DNA from: a virus
Lineage: Duplodnaviria; Heunggongvirae; Uroviricota; Caudoviricetes
Length of the DNA: 47,772 nt
Virus record (IMG/VR): IMGVR_UViG_2698536610_000001
Strand: one strand, 5' to 3'
Of the stretch, positions 17,848-25,845 are shown piece by piece; the first letter of the stretch is position 1; every line of letters begins with the position of its first letter. The notes under the pieces were generated by a model, which was given only the letters and a program-made list of their open reading frames with translations, was not told the origin of the DNA and did not search any database. A program made the position numbers and the translations under genes.

Positions 17848-18053
17848 AAAAACACATGATGTAACGTGATGCGATTTAATGATTTTGTAATTTTCGTATT
17901 TGATAATTTTATGATGCTTTCAGCTACGCCAGAATAATCGCTGGCGTTTTTCTTTTTGAATAGATGTTCAGGCCTTACGCTAATGTAACTTCTATACCTT
18001 TCCCTCTTCGTTCCGAACCGTGTACACCATCCGTTATTTGCGGAGGTGAGGCT

Positions 18054-18269
18054 ATGAAATCCATGGACAAGTTAACAACGGGCATTGCCTACGGCACCTC
18101 CGCAGGCAGTGCTGGCTACTGGTTTTTACAGTGGCTTGATCAGGTCAGTCCATCACAGTGGGCTGCTATTGGTGTGCTGGGAAGTCTGGTTCTGGGCTTT
18201 CTGACTTACCTGACGAATCTGTACTTCAAAATAAGAGAAGACAAGCGTAAAGCTGCGCGGGGAGAGTAA
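18054..18269 (+). CDS. Class II holin (phage 21 S-type pinholin) with dual-start motif
   Basis: [71 protein letters not shown]; two TM segments; GGAGGTGAG Shine-Dalgarno; Met1/Met4 starts. Confidence 0.85.
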   Translation: MKSMDKLTTGIAYGTSAGSAGYWFLQWLDQVSPSQWAAIGVLGSLVLGFLTYLTNLYFKIREDKRKAARGE

Positions 18270-18273
18270 TTCA

Positions 18274-18618
18274 ATGACTCAAAACTATGAACTGATTGTG
18301 AAAGGGATCCGCAATTTTGAGAATAAAGTTACGGTAACTTTAGCGTTACGGGACAAAGAACGCTTTGACGGTGAAATTTTTGACCTGGACATCTCGCTGG
18401 ACCGTGTTGAAGGTGCCGCGCTGGAGTTTTATGAGGCAGCAGCCAGAAGGAGCATCAGACAGGTCTTCCTGGATGTTGCTGCCGGGTTATGTGAAGGGGA
18501 TGAGCTGTCGCCGGAAAAGCGCCCCATAATTTTAGAGGCGCAGAATGTGTGGATAACCTACAAAGGAAAGCTACCGGGAAGAATTACTGGTTCTCTGAAG
18601 ACTCCGCCGAAATGGTAA
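18274..18618 (+). CDS. YdfR-like (DUF1327) protein inserted between holin and endolysin
   Basis: 114-aa ORF starting 5 nt after the holin stop; position and N-terminus match remembered Qin YdfR. Confidence 0.5.
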   Translation: MTQNYELIVKGIRNFENKVTVTLALRDKERFDGEIFDLDISLDRVEGAALEFYEAAARRSIRQVFLDVAAGLCEGDELSPEKRPIILEAQNVWITYKGKLPGRITGSLKTPPKW

Positions 18619-18856
18619 TTTCACCAGCATATTTTTCTTCCAGTAATACCGCCAGCCACTTGAAAGAATTTTGTTGTTGCTGGGACCATTTGGGGTTGAG
18701 TGATTCAAGCTGGAGCGATGCCAGTGTTGGTTGCATTTGTTCCTTGGGAATTGAGAATGCCAGATATGAAAATGCGACAGTAAGGGCATTTACATCATCC
18801 CGAAGCTTGGAAATGCAGTCGAGCAACTCCTGTAGAGAAATGGTGCTATTGTCCAT
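18584..18856 (-). CDS. Hypothetical 90-aa protein, antisense within the lysis cassette
   Basis: ATG preceded by a strong SD (AGAGAGGA, about 6 nt); convergent with and overlapping the ydfR-like 3' end by about 35 nt; no family recognised. Confidence 0.35.
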   Translation of the reverse strand: MDNSTISLQELLDCISKLRDDVNALTVAFSYLAFSIPKEQMQPTLASLQLESLNPKWSQQQQNSFKWLAVLLEEKYAGEITISAESSENQ

Positions 18857-18961
18857 AAACAATCCTCTCTATTGTATTTAACTATTCCTTGCCTGATTCA
18901 ACAGGCCGGGACAGATAAACATATCCAGGGTTCAGAAACCGATAAATCCTGATAAATATCC

Positions 18962-19504
18962 ATGAACGTAAAAATCAGATACGGCCTGTCGGCTGCCGTT
19001 CTGGCACTGATTGCCGTCGGTGCGCCTGCGCCTGATATTCTCGACCAGTTTCTGAATGAAAAAGAAGGTAACCACACAACGGCATACCGCGATGGTTCCG
19101 GCATCTGGACCATCTGTCGGGGTGCCACGGTGGTGGATGGAAAACCCGTTTTTCCCGGTATGAAACTGTCGAAGGAAAAATGCGACCAGGTTAACGCCAT
19201 TGAACGGGATAAGGCGCTGGCATGGGTGGAGCGCAATATTAAAGTGCCACTGACCGAACCACAGAAAGCGGGTATAGCGTCATTTTGTCCCTATAACATT
19301 GGCCCCGGTAAGTGTTTCCCGTCGACGTTTTATAAGCGGCTGAATGCCGATGATCGTAAGGGGGCATGCGAGGCGATTCGCTGGTGGATAAAAGATGGTG
19401 GGCGTGATTGCCGCCTGACAAAAGGGCAGAAGAATGGCTGTTATGGGCAGGTCGAGCGGCGCGATCAGGAAAGCGCACTGGCGTGCTGGGGGCTGGAGCA
19501 ATGA
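18962..19504 (+). CDS. SAR endolysin (T4-lysozyme-like, phage 21 R-type)
   Basis: N-terminal Ala/Gly-rich signal-anchor (LSAAVLALIAVGAPAP); catalytic E-x8-D-x5-T triad in NEKEGNHTTAYRDGSGIWTICRG. Confidence 0.85.
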   Translation: MNVKIRYGLSAAVLALIAVGAPAPDILDQFLNEKEGNHTTAYRDGSGIWTICRGATVVDGKPVFPGMKLSKEKCDQVNAIERDKALAWVERNIKVPLTEPQKAGIASFCPYNIGPGKCFPSTFYKRLNADDRKGACEAIRWWIKDGGRDCRLTKGQKNGCYGQVERRDQESALACWGLEQ

Positions 19505-20037
19505 AAATTAATCCGGATCTTATAGGCGTTGTCGTTATTGCTGGCCTTTCGGTCGCTCTCGTCAAGAGTTGCTCTCACGCCAGTAATCTTCAGAGCGATA
19601 ACGACGTTCTGCGAAGTGACAACTCTATGCTGGGGCAGGTAATCGCCACCCAGGCATTCAACTTCAATCGATTCAATCAGGTTGCAGAACATGCCAACAG
19701 TCTTAACTCCCTGATCGACACCAGCACCGAAAAAACCGTAATCGAATACCGGGAGATTCTCCGCCGTGAAAAAACCTGTGATCTGCCTGTTCCTGCTGAT
19801 ATCGCTGGTGGGTTGCTCGAATACACGTACCGTTTACGTGCCAGCGCCATGCACACCGATACCGGCAGACCTAATGAAGCCTATGATCGTACCGCTACCA
19901 CCAGCTCAATGACCTACTGCCAAGCTGTCTTGTGGATTAAGCCGCTACTGGCGTTGATAGAAAAAGGAAATAATAATTTTTCGAGTATTCGTGAAATTGA
20001 TGAGTTGCGTTACAGACCATCTGAGCATGGCCAGTAA
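19501..20037 (+). CDS. Rz i-spanin
   Basis: ATG overlaps the endolysin stop; N-terminal TM (LIGVVVIAGLSVALV) then helical periplasmic domain; embedded Rz1 frame. Confidence 0.8.
   Translation: MKINPDLIGVVVIAGLSVALVKSCSHASNLQSDNDVLRSDNSMLGQVIATQAFNFNRFNQVAEHANSLNSLIDTSTEKTVIEYREILRREKTCDLPVPADIAGGLLEYTYRLRASAMHTDTGRPNEAYDRTATTSSMTYCQAVLWIKPLLALIEKGNNNFSSIREIDELRYRPSEHGQ
19766..19912 (+). CDS. Rz1 o-spanin lipoprotein, embedded in the +1 frame of Rz
   Basis: Hand translation: (GTG)KKPVICLFLLISLVGCSNTRTVYVPAPCTPIPADLMKPMIVPLPPAQ; lipobox LVGC; Pro-rich; GGGAG SD 10 nt upstream. Confidence 0.7.
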   Translation: MKKPVICLFLLISLVGCSNTRTVYVPAPCTPIPADLMKPMIVPLPPAQ

Positions 20038-20111
20038 GGTTGCAGGAAATTTAAAATCTGGCGATGAAATTTAATATTAGAAATTCATTGCCTAGTGAGA
20101 TTAATAATGGG

Positions 20112-20157
20112 CATCCCTTTGTGACGATAAGCTTTAACACATTCACAAAGGGATATT
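20112..20157. terminator. 12-bp perfect inverted repeat between convergent Rz and the 230-aa gene (possible terminator)
   Basis: ATCCCTTTGTGA…(loop)…TCACAAAGGGAT; no clean U-tract, so terminator function is uncertain. Confidence 0.35.
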
Positions 20158-20205
20158 TAATATAGGGTGGTTAATTCCCACTTGCTGTGGTGTTTAGGGG
20201 GTAAT

Positions 20206-20898
20206 TCAAATCTTATCTAACTCATTATAGGCTTCGATAATAAAAATTCTGATTTTAATAAGGCATGATTCAATGAAAGGAATTACTTCATGGTCATTCC
20301 CATGGAATCTTATTTTTTTCTCTTCGGTAATGACTATGTTTAAAGGTACACCATTACCACTTCTTTGTAATTTCCCATTTTCGAAAGTAAAGTCTTCTAA
20401 TTTTTTGCCATTGATGTGGTTGTTTTTAAAGAGAATTTTTGCTGAGCTTCCTGCTGTGATTAAACCAAAACCATCTACGCTCACACTTAGGTCTTTAACA
20501 GAACTCTCTTCTCTTAAGGGGATTGGTTGTCTGTGCTTTACTTCATTAGTGAGATTACACATCATTTCCAACCAAGATTCGCCAGTGTGATAATCCTGTA
20601 TAGAAGTAAAAATTTTATATAATGGAGAAGATGATGGTGGGTTTATTTTTAGCGTCTTTGAGAAAAATTTATCAATAAACTCTTTTTTTCCGTAAGGGAA
20701 ATATATTTTGGGGCGCTCATCATTACTGCGTGGAGAAATATATTTATCATAGGTATCATTAGCGAGATACTCTAAGGAACTTCGTAAGTTTTCCAAAATA
20801 GCTTTGACTTTTACAGGCTTGATATGCTGTGTCTGTCTCATTATGTCAAGACTTTCTTCAACTTCTTGCAATAAGTCTAACGAGCCTTCTCTAGACAT
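20206..20898 (-). CDS. Hypothetical 230-aa protein in an AT-rich island (moron)
   Basis: Long ORF in strongly AT-rich DNA where chance ORFs are unlikely; opposite to phage late transcription, in the position lambda uses for bor; no motif recognised. Confidence 0.6.
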   Translation of the reverse strand: MSREGSLDLLQEVEESLDIMRQTQHIKPVKVKAILENLRSSLEYLANDTYDKYISPRSNDERPKIYFPYGKKEFIDKFFSKTLKINPPSSSPLYKIFTSIQDYHTGESWLEMMCNLTNEVKHRQPIPLREESSVKDLSVSVDGFGLITAGSSAKILFKNNHINGKKLEDFTFENGKLQRSGNGVPLNIVITEEKKIRFHGNDHEVIPFIESCLIKIRIFIIEAYNELDKI

Positions 20899-21479
20899 AC
20901 AGGTAATTCTCCTTTATGAATTTTCAACATGTTATAACTAATAATATATTTATCATATAACTGTATGAATAAATTGTGAGATTAGTAATGCAAGTTTCTA
21001 TCCATAGTGTTCTCTAAGTACCCGCTTCCATCATGTTGTTACGGACGGTATGGCTAAAACAAAGCACCTGAAGTTAAACGTTCTGAACTTTATGCTCGTT
21101 GAGCATATGAATTATCTGTAACCCGATGCGCTGGTTGTGGTTCACATTGATGGTCGTAATCAGCAGCGGTGGTGCCTGATGGCATGCAACTTCTTACTTA
21201 TAAAACTTCGTATGGAATTGTTGCCATAACGAGCCCAGCTTAGCAGTTTTTAATGGGTCCTCCCGGCAGTGTGTCCTGCCACGGGGCGGGAGCGTCGCGG
21301 AAAAAGGCTAGTTTTTGCATTTCCATGGCGGCGGCAGCATGTTTGGTAATTTATTGATAATTAAAAGTTATTTCTCTTTTCACCTGTACAATATTTTTTT
21401 CTCCCTGTCATTAGACCAGTTTGCAATTAATTGAAATATATAAATAAACATGATTTTCACCTGCCAGATGGAGTTGCTT

Positions 21480-22007
21480 ATGTCAAATGTGAGCGGGATC
21501 GGTGATGCTTATTACTGGAGTGTTTTTAAAATCGCTGAGGCCTTTGGGCTTCACCGGGACACAGTAAAAAAACGGCTCCTCGCGGCCAACACTCCTGTGG
21601 CTGCGACTGTCAGGGGGAACCCCGTTTACGCCCTGCAGCATGTCGGGCCCGCCCTGTTTAGTGTGAAGCATGAGGCAGCAGACTCTGTTCATGATCCATC
21701 CCGTATGGAGCCGAAAGAGAGAAAAGACTGGTACCAGTCTGAAAATGAAAGGATCAAGCTGGAAAAGGAGCAGCGAAAACTCATCCCAGTTGATGAAGTA
21801 GTCATCGTCTATTCGTCCATGAGAAAGGCTGTCGTCCAGGTTCTGGAGACAATTCCGGATGTTCTTGAACGCGATTGCGCCCTGACTCCTCAGGCCGTCG
21901 GCGTTGTACAGCAGGCCATTGATGACCTGCGATACACTCTTCAGGAAAAATCCTACGAGGCTTGTGCTGCTGAATTAATTCCTGATGAGGAAGGAGAGAG
22001 TCTCTAG
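21480..22007 (+). CDS. Terminase small subunit (Nu1-like)
   Basis: N-terminal HTH-like segment then acidic C-terminus; immediately upstream of the large terminase; GGAG SD. Confidence 0.7.
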   Translation: MSNVSGIGDAYYWSVFKIAEAFGLHRDTVKKRLLAANTPVAATVRGNPVYALQHVGPALFSVKHEAADSVHDPSRMEPKERKDWYQSENERIKLEKEQRKLIPVDEVVIVYSSMRKAVVQVLETIPDVLERDCALTPQAVGVVQQAIDDLRYTLQEKSYEACAAELIPDEEGESL

Positions 22008-22015
22008 GAGGAATA

Positions 22016-24115
22016 ATGGGTTTTTCATCAGCCCGAAATTTGGGAAGGGACATATCGGCAGGATTTTCCCCACCACGTCGCATGCCGATTTCGGAGGCTG
22101 TTAAAAAATTCATGCGTGTTCCCAAGGGGGCTGGTAACTCGGTGCCATGGGATCCTGAACTGACACCCTACATCATTGAGCCCATGAACTGCCTGGCATC
22201 GCGTGAATACGATGCGGTGATTTTTGTTGGTCCTGCGCGAACAGGGAAGACCATTGGTCTGATCGATGGATGGATTGTCTATACCATCGTTTGCGATCCT
22301 TCGGACATGCTCGTTGTGCAGATGACCGAAGATAAGGCCCGCGAGCATTCTAAAAAGCGCCTCGACAGAACGTTCAGAAGCAGTGCGGCGGTAAAGAAAA
22401 GAATGAGTCCACGTCGTAACGACAATAATGTCCATGATAAGACGTTCAGGGATGGCTCGTTCCTTAAAATTGGTTGGCCCTCGGTCAACATTATGTCGTC
22501 GTCGGATTACCGGTTTGTCGCCTTAACCGATTACGACCGTTTTCCGGAGAATATCGACAGCGAGGGTGATGGTTTCTCCCTGGCCTCAAAACGTACCACC
22601 ACATTTATGTCCGCCGGGATGACTCTGGTGGAGAGCTCGCCGGGACGTGACATCTGCGACAGCAAATGGCGACGTAAGTCGCCTCATGAAGCGCCACCGA
22701 CGACTGGTATTCTTTCCCTTTACAATCGTGGTGACCGCCGCCGCTGGTACTGGCCATGTCCGCACTGCGGTGAATATTTTCAGCCAGCTATGGATGCCAT
22801 GACCGGCTACCGTAATGAACCGGATCCCTTTAAAGCCAGTGAGGCGGCGTATCTACTTTGCCCGCACTGCAGCGGCATTATCACTGCGGAGAAAAAGCGT
22901 GAGCTCAATAGTGCAGGAGTCTGGTTACGTGAAGGTCAGGTCATTGATCGTAACGGCAACGTTTCCGGTGAACCGCGCCGCTCCCGTATCGCCAGTTTCT
23001 GGATGGAAGGGCCAGCTGCTGCGTATCAGACCTGGGCGCAACTGGTTTACAAATTACTGACTGCAGAACAGGAGTATGAAGCGACAGGAAGCGAAGAAAC
23101 ACTCAGGGCGGTTATCAACACCGACTGGGGATTACCTTATCTTCCTCGTGCCAGCATGGAGCAACGAAAAAGTGAACTGCTTGAGCAGCGGGCAGAGCCA
23201 GTTCCTTCCCGCAGTGTTCCGGATGGCGTTAATTTCCTTGTGGCGACAGTGGATGTGCAGGCGGGACGTCATCGCCGTTTTGTGGTTCAGGTAACGGGCT
23301 ATGGCAGCCGTGGCGAACGCTGGATTATTGATCGTTACAACATCACGCAGTCATTGCGCAGTGACTGCGACGGGGAGAGCCAGCGAATTGATCCGGCCAG
23401 CTATCCGGAAGACTGGGATGTCCTGCTGACGGATGTTTTTCATAAAAGCTGGCCGCTGGCCTCCGATCCTTCTCAACAAATGCGACTGATGGCAATGGCG
23501 GTGGATTCCGGCGGTGAAGACGGGGTCACTGATAATGCCTATAAATTCTGGCGTCGTTGCCGTCGTGATGGCCTTGGTAAACGTATTTACCTGTTTAAGG
23601 GCGACAGCATCCGTCGCGCAAAACTGATCAGCCGTACATTCCCTGATAACACCGGACGAACGGGCCGCCGGGCGCAGGCCGCAGGTGATGTGCCGCTCTG
23701 GCTTCTTCAGACGGATGCCCTGAAAGACCGGGTGAATAACGCGTTATGGCGTGACTCGCCAGGTCCAGGCTATGTGCATTTCCCTGACTGGCTGGGGAGC
23801 TGGTTTTACGACGAACTGACGTATGAAGAGCGGAGCAGTGACGGGAAATGGAGTAAGCCGGGTCGCGGTGCCAACGAAGCTTTTGACCTGATGGTGTATG
23901 CCGAGGCGCTGGTCATTCTGCATGGATACGAAAAGATCCGCTGGCCGGATGCACCGGAGTGGGCGAGCCGGGAAACCTGGCTGGAGTGTGTCCCGGACAG
24001 TACCGAACCGTCACCCTCACCGGAGCCGGTATCCACGCCTGTTAAAAAACAAAAACGGAAGAAAACAGTAACTGACGATGTTAACCCCTGGCTGACTTCC
24101 GGAGGATGGTTATGA
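22016..24115 (+). CDS. Terminase large subunit (lambda gpA-like)
   Basis: 699 aa; Walker A-like VGPARTGKT; C-terminal nuclease-like region; lambda gene order. Confidence 0.9.
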   Translation: MGFSSARNLGRDISAGFSPPRRMPISEAVKKFMRVPKGAGNSVPWDPELTPYIIEPMNCLASREYDAVIFVGPARTGKTIGLIDGWIVYTIVCDPSDMLVVQMTEDKAREHSKKRLDRTFRSSAAVKKRMSPRRNDNNVHDKTFRDGSFLKIGWPSVNIMSSSDYRFVALTDYDRFPENIDSEGDGFSLASKRTTTFMSAGMTLVESSPGRDICDSKWRRKSPHEAPPTTGILSLYNRGDRRRWYWPCPHCGEYFQPAMDAMTGYRNEPDPFKASEAAYLLCPHCSGIITAEKKRELNSAGVWLREGQVIDRNGNVSGEPRRSRIASFWMEGPAAAYQTWAQLVYKLLTAEQEYEATGSEETLRAVINTDWGLPYLPRASMEQRKSELLEQRAEPVPSRSVPDGVNFLVATVDVQAGRHRRFVVQVTGYGSRGERWIIDRYNITQSLRSDCDGESQRIDPASYPEDWDVLLTDVFHKSWPLASDPSQQMRLMAMAVDSGGEDGVTDNAYKFWRRCRRDGLGKRIYLFKGDSIRRAKLISRTFPDNTGRTGRRAQAAGDVPLWLLQTDALKDRVNNALWRDSPGPGYVHFPDWLGSWFYDELTYEERSSDGKWSKPGRGANEAFDLMVYAEALVILHGYEKIRWPDAPEWASRETWLECVPDSTEPSPSPEPVSTPVKKQKRKKTVTDDVNPWLTSGGWL

Positions 24116-24324
24116 ATCAGAATGATATTGAAGCCATGATTCAGCGTTATACGGAAGCTGAAATGGCGGTGCTGGACGGAAAATCCGTCACTTTTAATGG
24201 TCAGCAGATGACCATGGAAAACTTATCTGAGATCCGGCAGGGACGGCAGGAGTGGGAGCGCCGCCTTGCGGCTCTGATTACACGACGACGGGGGCATCCC
24301 GGGTACCGGCTGGCGAGGTTCTGA
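24112..24324 (+). CDS. Head-tail joining protein gpW-like
   Basis: About 70 aa; …RRRGHPGY… C-terminus resembles lambda W; overlaps the terminase stop; GGAGGA SD. Confidence 0.7.
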   Translation: MNQNDIEAMIQRYTEAEMAVLDGKSVTFNGQQMTMENLSEIRQGRQEWERRLAALITRRRGHPGYRLARF

Positions 24325-25832
24325 TGGCAATTCTTGATGATGTGATTGGCGTTTTTTCACCAGGATGGAAAGCGGCAAGGCTGCGTTCCCGTGCGGTGAT
24401 TCAGGCTTATGAGGCCGTAAAAACGACGCGGACACACAAAGCCCGACGGGAGAACCGAACTGCCGACCAGTTAAGCCAGTACGGGGCCGTGTCGTTACGT
24501 GAGCAGGCCCGTTACCTTGATAACAACCACGATCTGGTCATTGGTGTATTTGACAAGCTGGAAGAACGGGTGGTGGGGAAAAACGGGATTATTGTCGAGC
24601 CACATCCGGTATTACGCAATGGGGCCATTGCCCGTGATCTGGCAGCGGAGATACGCACCCGATGGAGTGAATGGTCTGTCAGTCCGGAAGTCACCGGGCA
24701 GTTTACCCGTCCGATGCTGGAACGTCTGATGCTGCGTACCTGGCTGCGCGATGGTGAGGTGTTTGCCCAGATGGTTTCCGGGCGCATAAACAGCTTGACG
24801 CCTTCTGCCGGTGTTCATTTCTGGCTGGAGGCGCTCGAGCCGGACTTTATTCCCATGACCAGTGATGAGAGCAACAGGCTGAATCAGGGCGTGTTTGTTG
24901 ATGACTGGGGGCGTCCCGAAAAATATCTGGTGTATAAAAGCCGTCCCGTATCCGGGCGGCAGATGGAAACCAAAGAAGTGGATGCAGAGCGAATGCTGCA
25001 TCTTAAATTTGTTCGCCGTCTGCACCAGATGCGCGGGACGTCTTTGTTGTCCGGTGTGCTGATCCGCCTCAGTGCTCTGAAAGAGTATGAAGATTCTGAG
25101 CTGACTGCAGCAAGGATCGCCGCTGCTCTGGGGATGTACATCCGGAAAGGCGACGGACAGAGCTATGAAACGGATGGTAATGACAGCAAGGAGAATGAAC
25201 GCGAGCTTACCATTCAGCCAGGCATTATTTACGACGATCTGAAACCCGGCGAAGAAATCGGAATGGTGAAGTCGGATCGCCCCAATCCTAACCTTGAAAC
25301 TTTTCGTAATGGTCAGTTGCGTGCCGTGGCTGCGGGCAGTCGTCTGAGTTTTTCCAGTACAGCGCGCAACTATAACGGCACTTACAGCGCCCAGCGTCAG
25401 GAGCTGGTTGAATCTACTGATGGCTACCTGATCCTGCAGGACTGGTTTATTGGTGCCGTCACCCGCCCGATGTACCGTGCCTGGCTGAAACAGGCTGTGG
25501 CATCCGGTGTTATCAGGCTACCCCGCGATCTGGACCGATCTTCACTGTATACCGCGGTGTATTCCGGACCGGTGATGCCGTGGATTGACCCTGTTAAGGA
25601 GGCTGAGGCCTGGAAAATTCAGATTCGTGGTGGAGCGGCGACAGAATCAGACTGGGTACGTGCAGGTGGTCGTAATCCGGATGATGTCAAACGTCGGCGC
25701 AAGGCCGAAATTGATGAAAACCGCAAGCTGGATCTGGTATTTGATACCGATCCGGCCAGTGATAAAGGAGGCAGCAGTGCCGCAACGAAACGACAGGAGC
25801 CGCAGCACACCGACGACCAGTCCGAAGAATAA
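24324..25832 (+). CDS. Portal protein (lambda gpB-like)
   Basis: About 500 aa after the terminase/W genes; ATG overlaps the W stop; start chosen at the internal Met MAILDDV. Confidence 0.85.
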   Translation: MAILDDVIGVFSPGWKAARLRSRAVIQAYEAVKTTRTHKARRENRTADQLSQYGAVSLREQARYLDNNHDLVIGVFDKLEERVVGKNGIIVEPHPVLRNGAIARDLAAEIRTRWSEWSVSPEVTGQFTRPMLERLMLRTWLRDGEVFAQMVSGRINSLTPSAGVHFWLEALEPDFIPMTSDESNRLNQGVFVDDWGRPEKYLVYKSRPVSGRQMETKEVDAERMLHLKFVRRLHQMRGTSLLSGVLIRLSALKEYEDSELTAARIAAALGMYIRKGDGQSYETDGNDSKENERELTIQPGIIYDDLKPGEEIGMVKSDRPNPNLETFRNGQLRAVAAGSRLSFSSTARNYNGTYSAQRQELVESTDGYLILQDWFIGAVTRPMYRAWLKQAVASGVIRLPRDLDRSSLYTAVYSGPVMPWIDPVKEAEAWKIQIRGGAATESDWVRAGGRNPDDVKRRRKAEIDENRKLDLVFDTDPASDKGGSSAATKRQEPQHTDDQSEE

Positions 25833-25845
25833 TTCCTGGTTCAGG

